Assembly (NCBI GenBank): GCA_003344405.1
Contig: NOWV01000012.1
Location: 744,001 to 808,000 of the forward strand
Direction: 5' to 3'
DNA length: 64,000 bases
Source of the DNA: Trichoplax sp. H2
Lineage: Eukaryota
Shown: piece by piece, positions 1 through 12,790 of the stretch
How the letters are laid out: each line of letters begins with the position of its first letter
Numbering within the stretch: position 1 is the first letter of the stretch
Translations under genes and position numbers: made by a program
Notes under the pieces: generated by a model
Database searches by the model: none
Told to the model about the DNA's origin: nothing
What the model saw: the letters and a program-made list of their open reading frames with translations, nothing else

Positions 1-1462
1 GGAGGAATGTCATCTTTTCTGTTCATTTTTTTAGATGGTCTTCTCAAATAACGTGGCCTTGTGGAATGACAGTAATATACGGCCATAACCACTATATTTC
101 AATTGGAATACAAAACGTAGCCATTCCGGATAGCATTTTACATTCAATATTTTATGTAAGTATCGTATTAAATTGTGTAATTTTACATATAGTGAGAACG
201 GTAGAAGTGATATCCTTAGGAATTACTAAATTAGAGTCTTTGTAACATGCACTTATGTAAATAACTATATACAGTAATTGGAAATTGTCTCCTCTTTCTT
301 TCTTGTATCGATATAGGTTCTGTTCAATACCCCTTTCAAATTTTTACAGTGGATAATAATCTTGCATGGATTATCTTTATTATATCATTTATCCCTTCTG
401 TTAATCTCTCCGACACTAATCCAGATAGTGCTTTTGTCTATTTTGCTGTTGATTAATTACCATACATTTTTTGTACTCCTACGCAATTATTGGATTACAA
501 AAGCATTACATAATGATAAACATTGAGATAATAAAGACAAAATTTTGGCGATAATTAACGTATCTACTACTGTTCGACTGGCAATCTACGTATTTTGTCT
601 GAATATGATCTACTCGTGCGTAGTATTTCTAGAGCTCAATTTTAAGCTAAAATTTTTACTTCATTTATGGATATTTAGCTCTACAGTATTTGTTTATATC
701 TTTTGGAGGCTACGTATTTGAATATAGTTAGACTTGCTCTACAATTGAGTTAATGGTAATCTATTCACGTAGCAGCATCTACTCGTATATGCGCACGTTA
801 TTCATCATAATAAGTTTTGGAAAGACCTGTATTTCCGGCGTATTTTTGCAATCGTATCATCTATATGAGTGCATCTATCAGATCGCTAGAATTTGATTGG
901 TTTATGATTCGCATTGAACTGTTACCATCCTATGCTATCGAACAAAGTATTAAGTATAGTGATGGAAAGAGAATGCAAAGGAAGAAAGCCATACCACTTG
1001 ATATGCACTTTTACTGTAGCAATATGCATTGCAATTTTATTTAAGCAAGTATTCCATTATTTATTACCGTTATGATCAATAGCCCTATAGAAGACGTCTT
1101 TATTTACTAGTAGAATACGTGTATACGTATACATGCATTTTTTCTATTCATCATGATAACCATCAACTTGTAGCCAAGCATTGAGCAGAAATTTGCAATC
1201 TTTTAATCGATTCATTGAGACTTGCTTTTCCATATCAAACTGATCGATTTGCAATTGCAGCAATCTATAATCTTACTTTAGGAGGAGTATCCGTTTGCTG
1301 ATTATGGACAGCATTAGTAACCGATAATGTTATTTCAAGATGAGTGTCTATTTGCTGATCAGTACTGTTTACTAATTTCCATTTTATACGGAAATGTTAT
1401 TAGGAGTACTTTAAATGGAGAAGTTTGTCTGTCCAATTATAATTATATTTATCCACTCCTGA

Positions 1463-2268
1463 GGACAGTATTGCAGCCACACCTATCTGGAGCAGAGCGC
1501 CTATTTCCTATGCATACCCATAATATTGTCAGAATTAGAATGCATCGCTAGCAACTGGCGATCATTACTAGCTCTCCCTCTTATATTGATCCATTCCTAC
1601 GGACAGTATTGCAGCCACACCACCTGGAGCAATACCTATTTCCTATGCATACCCATAATATTGTCAGAATTAGAATGCAATCGCTAGCAACTGGCGATCA
1701 TTACTAGCTCTCTCTTATATTGATCCATTCCTATGGACAGTATTGCAGCCACACCATCTGGAGCAGAGTGCCTATTTCCTATGCATATCCATAATATTGT
1801 CAGAATTAGAATGCAATCGCTAGCAACTGGTGATCATTACTACCTCTCTCTCTACTATAGTCTCATAGGAGACGTTATTCGAGCTAGACCATAACCCATA
1901 ATATTGTCAGAATTAGAATGCAATCGTTAGCAACTGGTGATCATTACTAGCTCTCCCTTATATTGATCCATTCCTATGGACGGTATTGCAGCCATACCAT
2001 CTGGAGCAGAGTGCCTATTTCCTATGCATACCCATGATATTGTCAGAATTAGAAAGCAAATCGCTAGCAACTGGTGATCATTACTAGCTCTCTCTTATAT
2101 TGATCCATTCCTATGGACAGTATTGCAGCCACACCATCTGGAGCAGAGTGCCTATTTCCTATGCATACCCATAATATTGTCAGAATTAGAAAGCAAATCG
2201 CTAGCAACTGGTGATCATTACTACCTCTCTCTCTACTATAATCTCATAGGAGATGTTATTGGAGCTAG
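1463..2268. repeat. Minisatellite, ~135-140 bp unit, about 6 imperfect copies with two unit variants
   Basis: GGACAGTATTGCAGCCACACC-type starts recur at ~1463, 1601, 1735, 1978 and 2115. The core CCCATAATATTGTCAGAATTAGAATGCAATCGCTAGCAACTGG recurs 6 times with small variations. Confidence 0.95.
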
Positions 2269-2627
2269 AAGACTGCTGCCTATCTCCATCTTTCCATTTC
2301 GCTCCGTACTATTTTCACCACACCGATCTTCATTACAGGAGTCATTACGTATGGACAATATCGCTAGCTTGCGATAGTATATAGCCTACACTATTAGCTG
2401 TCCGTACGTCGCCTAAAAAGGTGATCAAGATATAATTAGGAATCTGCCTTAGTGTAGGCTATCAAGGCACTGTAAACACTATTTGAGCAAATCGATTACA
2501 CCACATGCATATCAGGATAAAATGATGGATTCAAAAGTTCAACTTTCTTGGCCATTAGTCGATGTTTCCTTGCTAGCTGGCTAGGTTGAATAACTGCTCC
2601 AAAATGCTCTCCTAAACTCATCAAGAA

Positions 2628-5600
2628 ATGGCTGACGAACTAGAGAGATTTCGTAAAGATTGGCTGCATGAAATCGATCAGGGAGTTGAAAAAAATAGCA
2701 AGAATTTAAAGGAATTAGGCAGTACAACATCAGAAGTTGGCTCAGCCAAATTTTCACAAAGTTTACAGGATATTGTTGGCACCGTTTTACCCTATCGTCG
2801 CTATGAGCAATTGATCCATCAATCTTCTAGTAGTCATCAACAAGATTTATCCAGCAAGGATCAATTAGGTAAAAGGAAAGGAAAGACAGATGAAGTAATT
2901 GGTCGTAGGAAATTGCCTAAGCATGATTTTGTTAGCGCACTCATTGCAGATCTGGTAAGTATATAGTATGGATTTCAAAGTCGGTTTTGCTCGTCGAAGC
3001 AGAGAGATTTTTTCACTCTTGCAGCTAGATGAGCTAGTTGATATTCCCTACTATTTTATCGTTTAATAATGAAGAAATAACGAATCCAATCCAGTAATCA
3101 ACTGTGTTATTTAGATAGGGTTTGGCTAGTGCTGATCTTTTTTTCGCGACTACAGACGTAAAAGTAAATTAGTTACGCTCGTATCGAAATATTTTTGTTA
3201 ACTGGTTTAGCTATATAGCATGGATCTCCAGTAGTTCTGCAGGTTCACAAATGTACTCGTAGTCGATCAAGGTTCCCTTCATGCTGACTAGTTTAGGTTA
3301 AGCAATGATCAATCCAATTTAATTTTATATATGGAAAGACAAAGTTGAAAATAAACCCAATAGATGAGTATAACAGCAAGGCACAATATAGAGCACTAGA
3401 TTAGTTATTAAAAATTGCCTAACCATCACTCTCATCACTTATAAATTCGAGTACAGCAAGACATTTTTGGACTTTACAACTGCAATAAATCAACATTCCC
3501 TTCGATACTGTATCACTTAAGAAAAAGAAAAATATAAAAGGATAAATTTTACTCGTAGCCCTAGAACTAGAGAAGGTTACCATTCCTCCATTATTGCCTG
3601 GTAGTAGAAACTTTTCGATAAAATAAGAGAAAGAGGAAGAGAAGTCTCTGCTAGTGGTACTGTATTATTAATTAATTATAATTCTTGGAGTAATGATGAA
3701 TCCAACTTAGTCAGCTGGTAACCCTGAAATTATAGTACATCAACAGTCCTCCATCAGTACGTAAGCAATGATGAATCCTATTTAATTTACCATAAAATTT
3801 TTTCTATTGCATGAATCTGTTAACTGTCTTATTGCCAATCTTGTACATGAAAGTCAACCGTACTCTTGTGGAGAGAAAATAGATTTTTTTTATTAGTACT
3901 CTCAGTCTTTATCTTCAGTCAAGACTTATAAAGTCAATTCTAGCTCTTAAAGCTGCAAGGTAATCTGACCTAAAAGTCGATAATACTAAAATGCAAGTAA
4001 TTTAGATTCCCACAGTAAACAAATCAAACTGCAGGTTGGTGTTTTTACGCAGGCTTTAGATTTGTGATAGGAGCTCTTAAAATTAACCAATCGAAAAAAT
4101 TTCTCCTAACACAGTATTCCCATTACTTAACCTCTTGTTATTTTTTAATTCAATCATCAACAGTTGCCATAACCTACGTAATTCGTACTCTCTGGCTAAT
4201 TATTTACAACATGACGATAAACTTTCAAAAAATTGAATATTGCATGAGTGTATTTCTCCCTAGGACTGGAATGAATGAGTAAATTTACGTGTACCCCTAC
4301 ACGACAATACGTTAACTTATATGCCTATTATATTTTAGGACGAGGTTTATGCTTTGCCCTTTTTTGATCTTGAATTACCCAAAGAACTTTGCTACCAAAT
4401 ATTCATATATCTCAGCTATCAAGATTTATGTCATTGTAGCCAGGTAAGACATGAATAAGATTTACCATCTAGCAATAAGTAATCCACTTGATGGGTTGCA
4501 TTAGTGGTAATCATTTACAAATTGAAGTTACGTGCACGATGCATAGTGCATATATAATATTATTGGTATCTCATATCAACCTTATTGCTATCTTAACCGT
4601 TTCTTCATCTATAAAATAGCAAATAACTCTACGGATCGATTTTAATAGGTTAGTAAAAGTTGGAGGTCTCTAGCTGATGATGACGCCTTATGGCACAACT
4701 TATGTATAAAGTTTGGATTTACTGATCAAGATAATACAAGCGAGTCAACTGAAGACCCACTAGAAGGGTAAATACTGTTGCTATTAACCAGTATACAGTA
4801 CTAAAACAGAAACAGCTGTAAAATGACCAGATAAAATAGTTCCAATTAAAAATTTAGTCAAGTACGCTAAAAGAAAAGATTATTCAAATTTTTGCTTGTT
4901 CATTTCAATATACTAGAACTAAAATATTCATTTATCCTAAAACAAAAATACACGCAGTTCATCTACATTTGAAGGCAGCTACTGGAAATCGATTATGCGA
5001 AAGAATATTACTTCTCAACGAAGACTCAGGAAACATTGGAGGGTAACTGCTAATATTGTAACAAAGTAATTATTACCATTATAAATAACAGATGGGGTAA
5101 ATTTACAGGAACGAATATGCAAAGTCCAAGAATTTGAAAATACTCTTGGAGGCGTTTTATGTTCAGTGGCATTATCCGACAATCATCTATTAGCAGGGTA
5201 AAATCACGACTTTATGTCATAATATATTTTCTGTAAGCTCGTAAGGAAATGAAAAGCGATTGACACAATATTTTAAATGTAGCTATGGCCTAGGTGAAGT
5301 CAAATTGTATAATATCCATGATACAGAGTTTGTTCGTACCTTTAATCCTATTCACCCCACTTTTGACTATGATGAAGATGGAATCATTGACAAAAGGTCT
5401 CCTGTTAATTGTGCAGCAATTAGCGGAAATTTAATTGCTACTGGACTTCGATATGGTACTTTCTAAATAAATAATTTAATGCGGCATTCCTAATGACAGG
5501 CAAATTGTAATGATTGATTATTTGACTGATTCTATGTATTAAATACATTCTTCAGGTAGTGTAGATATATGGCATATTGACTACGGTCCAACGCCAATTC

Positions 5601-7286
5601 ATCATTATAAATTAGAAGATTCTGTAAGTAATATAGCAATCGAGACTGAAAGGGACTTAGTAGTTGCTAGCTCAAGCAATAATTCCGTAAGAGCCGATAT
5701 TTCAGACATGAACGGCCAATGGCAACTAGCAACTTCGTTTGATTTGTCTCATAATGTAAGTTGCAAATTATAGTAAAACCTTGATATTATTGATGGATAG
5801 CTCATGTTTATAAAATTTCAACTAAAATGATACTCTCATTTATTGTATTCATTGTAACGTTTACACCTTTCCACTATAAATCTTTCTAGATTACCAATTT
5901 AAAAATATCCGGTAATAAAGATGGCCTCCCAATAGTCGTTGCATCTTGTAAAGATGCCATTGTAATTCATGGATTCGATTCTGCAGATTCATCGATAACA
6001 CTAGAAAAACTATATGGTGCTAAAATTACCAGCTTAGATGTAGCAGATGATTTTCTCGCCTGTGGTATTAGTCAACTAGGCTTCGAAATTCCTTCTGAGG
6101 CCCATAAGGTAATGGATAGACAACTATTTTGACATAATAAAGCCAGGGCTTATAAGTAATATCCTGCGGCATCATAACAAAAGTATTTTTAAGTTTAGTG
6201 AACTTTTCCTCAATGTATAGTAACAGTTGTAACTTCTGACTTACACATAGCTCAAAATATTTTCCCTCCATACTGGAAAAATAACAAGTGTATTAAAGGG
6301 ACACTTTGGAGATATCACATGTATAAACGTTTCAGAATATAAATCAAATTCGATCATCACTGGTTCTTCCGACTGCAAGTAGGCTATCCTCTCATTTCAC
6401 TGGCCATAGAAATTGTTACAATCTTACATCGTTATAACACTAACGCTATAAGTTTATATTAAATACAGAAAAATGTTTGCGCTTCTATTTCTATTTAACA
6501 GGGTTCGAATATACGATCTTCGCTCTGAAAAGCCTGTCAATACTTTTCGGGGTAGTAGATCAAAAATTAATACTGTACAATCAGATGATGTAAAAGCCGT
6601 AAGCGGTTGGTAAGTTAACTATTTTCTTAATAAGCTGTCGGTTTGATTATATATATAATTATTGATCATTTTTTGCGTGCACATAACTCACTCATTAATT
6701 TTGTACCAATTTTTGTAGTGAAAACGGTAAAGTATCAGTATGGGATAGGCGAATGTCTGCTTTATTATGGGAAACTTCATTCTCGTATGATAATAATAGA
6801 GTCATAATAATCGTCTTATAACCAAAATACACATATATTTGATATGTTATTATTTCAACGTGTTAATGCTTGGTCCTTTTCATAATTTAGATTCCCTATA
6901 AAATATTGTCACTTTAATACCTCATGCCTAGTTTTCGCTAATATTCCTGAAGAAGAATGTCAAGCTGAATCACCAATTGATGATATTGTATGGAATAGGA
7001 GGTTAGTAGGTGGTATGTAAACCCCGTTGTAGTTTTGCAATAATATTCTCTGGCTTAAAATTGTTAATTCTTAATTATTTGGAGTCACTCGGTGAATAGT
7101 TAATCCAGTTTAAGCTAAGATCATTTATTTTTCAGAAACAGAGGTAGACTAAGGTTACTCGATTTTTCGTCTGACGAGTATCAACCAGAGGAGATTGGTT
7201 TACCTTCCATCTGCTCATCTAAATACGATGAACCAATAGGATACAATTACAATATTCATTTGATGACACCATATGATCAAATCTGA
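2628..7286 (+). CDS. FBXW8: F-box/WD40 repeat protein 8 orthologue, about 13 exons (exon 1 2628-2954, exon 2 4339-4443, exon 3 from 4649, last exon ~7136-7286)
   Basis: Spliced translation gives N-terminal MADELERFRKDWLHEI, F-box ALIADL|DEVYALPFFDLELPKELCYQIFIYLSYQDLCHCSQ|VSKSWRSLADDDALWHNLC, WD40 exons (GSVDIWHI, VRIYDLRS, GKVSVWDRR) and C-terminal LPSICSSKYDEPIGYNYNIHLMTPYDQI*. All resemble FBXW8 as I recall it. The junctions checked are GT-AG and in phase. Confidence 0.9.
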
Positions 7287-7633
7287 AAAAGTTGCTTATC
7301 AGTTCTCTCATACGAAAGATTGAAAAGAGCTATTCCTACGTTGATATACAACGACTCTTTTCGAGCAAATTATCCATCAGTCATGGAATTAAAGCCAATA
7401 ACCTTGTAAATTTTATTGCAATATCTTAGAAATCCTTACATTAGCTACATTTGTTGTAAAATTATACGACTGCAGCTTTATTATGTAAGCCATATGAAAA
7501 GTGTATTGTATAAAGAACGACTTTGATGTAAAAACGAATTAAGCCTGCTAAAATAATGTATTATATGCTGCAAACAAGAATTTGCTACAATACTAGTTTT
7601 AATTATTTTAACTCATTTCACTTCACTGTCACA

Positions 7634-7704
7634 TGCATTATAAATCATCAAAATTCCTAACGAGGAAACGATTTCCTTTGCATCAGGATTTATCAATAGC
7701 TGCA
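7634..7704 (-). promoter_or_regulatory. SECIS element (form 2) in the SELENOH 3' UTR
   Basis: Minus strand reads U-UGAU AAAUCCUGAUG C AA AGGAAA UCG UUUCCU CGUUAGGAAUUU UGAU. This gives a UGAU/UGAU quartet, an 11-bp helix II with one bulged A, unpaired AA and a 6-bp apical mini-helix, ~240 nt downstream of the stop codon. Confidence 0.8.
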
Positions 7705-7940
7705 ATTATAGTGAAACTTATTCGAGTTTTGTTGTAGCTTTTATATCTTGATACAGACGCAGTATTTATATCACGTAAATTTTTTATACTGCAAGTAACC
7801 AGAAAATATTTTTAAGTAAAACATGATGGGAGATTAAAACTGCTCTAGAAATTATGCTATACAGCATTGCGAACCCAAAAATAAAAATGTAATTGGATTG
7901 AATAATAACTTTGCTTTTGCTGAAGTTCATAATAATCTTA

Positions 7941-9026
7941 TTATTTGGCAGTGGTAGTTTGTATTGCTTCCTTAGCAGCTTTGACGATGACGTCAGGGTC
8001 TGGAAATTTTAACTTTCTTGGAGGACCCAGCTTGATGCCACTCCAAAGGAGTATCTCTAAAATTCAATTATATTCATCGTTTAAAAACGTAAAATTTAGA
8101 CTTAGTCAACATTAACTTATTGCAGTTATAAGTATTAGCTTTTCAATGGTTTCAAAATTATTTTTATACTAACTATCGCCATCTTCCTTTGACAGGTAAC
8201 ATTCAAAACTTCCACGACGAGGCTTCTCAGGGTTGACTTGGCTTTCTATCTTTGGAAATGCCGTTTGCAGGGCTTTCACAAGCTCGTCGCTTTTACGTTG
8301 ATATACGCGTCAGGACATGCTAATAAACAAGAATACATAACCTTAGTTTTAGAGGTCTTTTCACGACCCTAAATCCACACATACGCGTACAAATATCCAT
8401 AAGAGTTGTCCGCATGTTCCATATGTTACTCGGTAGTAATCGCATGAAAATAACTGAATAGATTACAATAATATTATTCTTAAATATTGAATTTAAGAAT
8501 AAGCAAGAACATGTCATACTGTACCCCATTGCTGCACAATTATATAATTATATCTAGTACCTAATGTCGAGGATAAAGTTATCATGGTTGTCATAATGGA
8601 ACCTAATGAGTATATACTGTAGTCATACTGTATTACATCTAGGCAAAGCTGACGATAGAGTGCAGGATAGGATACCAGAATGATTTATAATGAGGAATTT
8701 TTTTAATATTTTCGTAGGCATGGGATAATGTCTTACTAATTATATAAACTTTTCGTGTTGGTGATGAGGTTACTAAGCATGCCAGAATAAGAAGAATCAT
8801 TTAGCAAATTGCTATGTCTTGTTATTGAATTATACCTACAGAGGGTAATTTTAACAGGTTAAGGAAGTCAAGAAGGGTTGAATCCTTACCATCTTTCAAT
8901 GATAAATTGCCCGTTAGTTTGAACTTTCGTCCGTTTCCTTTTTTTACCAGTCTCTCCTATATCATCGCTCGCTGCAGTATCTTTACGAGCAACTTTTTCT
9001 CCAACCTTTCTTTTCTTCGGTGGCAT
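7941..9026 (-). CDS. SELENOH: Selenoprotein H; exons 9026-8890, 8319-8174, 8056-7941; Sec (TGA) at 8310-8312
   Basis: Spliced translation: MPPKKRKVGEKVARKDTAASDDIGETGKKRKRTKVQTNGQFIIERCMSURVYQRKSDELVKALQTAFPKIESQVNPEKPRRGSFECYLSKEDGDKILLWSGIKLGPPRKLKFPDPDVIVKAAKEAIQTTTAK*. It has the CxxU motif and the SelH signatures KPRRGSFE and LWSGIKxGPPRKLKFP. Confidence 0.95.
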
Positions 9027-10127
9027 AACAACGTTGAGGATTATTTAAGATCTGAAAGCAATATAGTGCGAAACTAGTCAATCATATACATTGCAATTGA
9101 ATATCTTGACTGCGAGAGAAAGGCTTGAAAAAGGCATTATTCTACTTTCGTAGTGCATCTCATTGAATTAAAACAAGTTGTAAGCATTTCATAGCAGTGC
9201 AGCAAATAGCTAAATCTATTTACAGCCAAAGTACAGTGGATAGATAATATCGATCACACATGCTATCTATATGCTAATCTCTATTGGGTATTACTACTCT
9301 AGATACCACTCCAAAATAGGATTGGATTTTAGTTGCATTTCCAACTATAGTTACTATTAGTATTTGATAGAGGAGTCAATTGCGAGGTGTAAAGTAGCTT
9401 ACGTTTGCAGTTGCATTTTATCATAGTAATCTGTTAGGCTACCTTACCGGACATTAGAACATTTTTACATACTGATTTATCGTTACATCGTACCTGTCAA
9501 CAGCTTCTACAGTAGTACAGTAATTATAAAATTACAATTATATTAATTAATTATAGGAGACTTAAAAGTCTACTGTGCGTTGTTCTATAAAGTCATTCCA
9601 TTGCATTTCTACTGTATCTCTATCATCACATTAAAGTACTAGCAAGCTTGTAAATCTAATGTTCTATTAAGGCATTCTACATCTAGAAAGGGCAATATGA
9701 ATTTTCACTGCAACTATGAGTATCTGGTACAATTTCTCATATTAAGTAGCTCTTAAAAATCTCTATCATCGTATTACACTTCTAGTAGCAGCCCTTGGAT
9801 ATCTACTGTTCGTGTATTCTTACGTTCTTCTATATCGAGAAATAAGCAACATGAGTTTTTCAAAGAGTAGTTTAATGGCCATATTTATCTTCTATTGTAT
9901 GTCATCATGATACTCCTCTACTAAATTGTTCAATGTGAAGAAAATAGCAAATGAGTTTCTGCATGAATAACTGGAGCAAATTGATCATTTTAAGTTGAGC
10001 AATGATTGATCACTATCTTTGCATCATGAATAATTCAATATTAAGTTGCTGTCCACAATCTCTACCTCGTGTTCAACGTAGTTCTAGACTTATAGAAGAC
10101 TCTAGCTTGCTGCTCCCTATTTGATCA

Positions 10128-10425
10128 TCTCATTCTACACATGGAAAAGGCGGCATGAGCTTCCACAGAACGGTCTCTACTGTCACTAATTTCTTCATTT
10201 TAGCTGCTAACGTATTTTGTAGCCCATGTCTATGATCTCATTCTACGCCTAGAAAAGCATGATTTTCATAGGACGGTGATTATTATCTACTGTGACTAAT
10301 TTTTTCATTTTAGGTGCTAACGTGTTTCGTACTCCATCAACACATTCTACTCCTTGAAAAGGCGGCATGAGCTTTGAAAGTGGTGACTACTGTAACTTGC
10401 TCATTTTAGCTACTAACGTATTTCA
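10128..10425. repeat. Degenerate tandem repeat, ~105-110 bp, 3 copies, with more decayed copies back to ~9670
   Basis: CATTCTAC...GAAAAG(GCG)GCATGA...CTACTGT..CT...TCATTTTAG.T.CTAACGT recurs at ~10130, 10238 and 10342. Confidence 0.7.
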
Positions 10426-10790
10426 AATCGAGGACAAACTACTAATCCAAATAGGAAATCTGTTTGTCATCGTTTATCATTGCTTCATCGATATTAATGA
10501 AAACATTAGTGCTAGATTTTGTCTACATACCAGTCGCAGCTATCTAATTTTATCGATAAACTGGCCAAGATATCGTCGAAGATTGGATTTGCAGCTATTT
10601 TAGCTACCTGACAAACTATTGGGCCTCCAAGATCACGTTTTGATCTGGTTAATTTTGGGAACGGATTGTAAACAAAATTCCTTTACACATGCGTGAGAGC
10701 ACATCGCTGCTAAGCAACTGGTACAGCATATTTGAGCTCTTATGCTGAGACTGTGCAATAAGAGAAAATAAGAATAGTTGAATTAATTTA

Positions 10791-11608
10791 ATGAATTAAT
10801 GAGGGATTGATGAATTTAATTACTCGTACATTCAATTTAATAATATTGATGAGGCAAGGTCCAGTATTGCTCAACGATAGTCATTTAGTATGGTTTTATT
10901 CAAGCAGTGAGTTCATTTACCGATTCGGATGACAAATTTATCTAAAAAGATTTCAGCTAGTTCATAAAATGAAGTTTTGCCTTATGAAAGTCTACTGTGC
11001 ATTATTTTGAAAGCATATGAGGATGTCTACAATTTTCTGTATACTGTATACTTGTCTTTCATGGATGATCTGATTACGTATAAGCCATCCATTTCATCCA
11101 GATGTCATGCTATTAATGCTGTGAAGCTTAACCATGGACTACCGCTACTAAATATTACAAGGCATATTTAGTTCTCCATCGCTTAACAAACATTTCGGAT
11201 ATAATGAATTAATGAGGGATTGATGAATTTTAGTACTCGTAAATTCAATTTAATAATATTGATGAGGCAAGGTCCAACATTGCTCAACGATAGTCATTTA
11301 GTATGGTTTTATTCAAGCAGTGAGTTCATTTACCGATTCGGATGACAAATTTATCTAAAATGATTTCAGCTAGTTCATAAAATGAAGTTTTGCCTTATGA
11401 AAGTCTACTGTGCATTATTTTGAAAGTATATGAGGATGTCTACAGTTTTCTATTTTCTTTATACTTGTCTTTCATGGATGATCTGATTACGTATAAGCCA
11501 TCCATTTCATCCAGATGTCATGCTATTAATGCAGCGTAGCTTAACCATGGACTATCGCTACTAAATATCACAAGGCATATTTAGTTCTCCATCGCTTAAC
11601 AAACATTT
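10791..11608. repeat. Tandem duplication, 413-bp period, 2 highly similar copies
   Basis: ATGAATTAATGAGGGATTGATGAATTT starts at 10791 and 11204; both copies end in CCATCGCTTAACAAACATTT. Confidence 0.95.
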
Positions 11609-12427
11609 AGGTCTACTTAATCACTTTTAACCATCCATGAAATGATGGATGACATACTTGTATCAAATCAGACATGATAAAACTCAAACACTTTTAATAC
11701 TATTTCCCTTCCAGGAATGCTTTCCAAAGAATGGAGAAAATCCTCTACAGCTAGACCGAAAGTATGAGCTATAAGGCTCTTTCAACAAAAGTTACTAGCC
11801 AAACATACTTTAAGGATGAAAAAGTAGAACCAAAATATTCGTAAAATTATCAAAACTGGAGTGTTAACATTCTACTTTGCAAGATGTATGCAAATACTAT
11901 CATACGTAGATTTAGACGACGGTGATTCATAGAATGATACCTATAGAAGCATATAGTAAATTAATTTTACGTGAGTGATTCTCATCGACGAAAATTAAGG
12001 ACTGTTAGCCTACACCAATAAGAATCACTAGCTAGAAAACGTTGATCAGAAATATCTATAAGATTTCTATCTTACCACTACTGTATATATTTGCTATCAT
12101 ATACAGTACAAATATTTCGATGACGGCGATAAAATAGTACTGGAGATATTGAATTAATTATCGTCGAGTGATTTCATGCACGTATGATGGATAGACCAAT
12201 GATATACAGACTAAAATTAATCACTCCCTTTCAATTGATTCATTTAATGAAATCGCAATTTTAACATACTGTACAATACTAATAGTTATCCTCGTTGTGT
12301 TTCCACGCTTAGTTGTTAATGTTGGCACGAGGGACTTTGATGCACTTCACCTAGTAGGCTTACTAAAAATCACTTTTTATTTAGGACTTACTGCATTTAA
12401 ATAGTATAGCTGCAATACTATATTATA

Positions 12428-12790
12428 CTTATCTATCACAACACATTAGAGATGCAGTACTATACAGCAAGTTGTTGTATTCTCACATATATAATAATCC
12501 TCAGCGTAGGAATAAAAACATGTTAAACACGTAAAGTATATTCGGAATAAGCTGAATTATCATTTAATACTACAAAAATAGTTGAATTAATACTATATTA
12601 TACTTATCTTAGTAATTCATTACCTTATCTATCGCAACACATTAGGGATGTAGTAGTGTACAACAGGTTATTGTATTCTTACATATATAATAATCCTCAG
12701 TGTAGGAATAAAAACATGTTAAACACGTAAAATATATTCGGGATAAGCTGAATTATCATTTGATACTACAAATATAGTTGGATTAGTGTA
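12428..12790. repeat. ~196-bp-period tandem duplication covering the PARP C-terminal codons and proximal 3' UTR
   Basis: 12428-12590 parallels 12625-12790. On the minus strand the copy reads TIFVVLNDNSAYSEYTLRV* against TIFVVSNDNSAYPEYILRV* in the gene. Confidence 0.9.

Noticed and set aside
1327-2377. ORFs 1327-1551 and 2123-2377
   Set aside because: They overlap the minisatellite and show no recognisable protein features.
3297-3790. Repeated GTAAGCAATGAT(C/G)AATCC(A/T)ATTTAATTT in FBXW8 intron 1 (~3297 and ~3761), resembling duplicated splice donors
   Set aside because: I could not link either copy to an open exon in phase with FBXW8; probably a small local duplication.
7860-7930. AUGAA-initiated SECIS candidate right after the SELENOH stop
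   Set aside because: No matching 3' GA quartet and a poor helix II; the 7634-7704 fold is much better.
8320-8529. 69-aa minus-strand ORF
   Set aside because: It lies in SELENOH intron 1 and ends at the splice acceptor.
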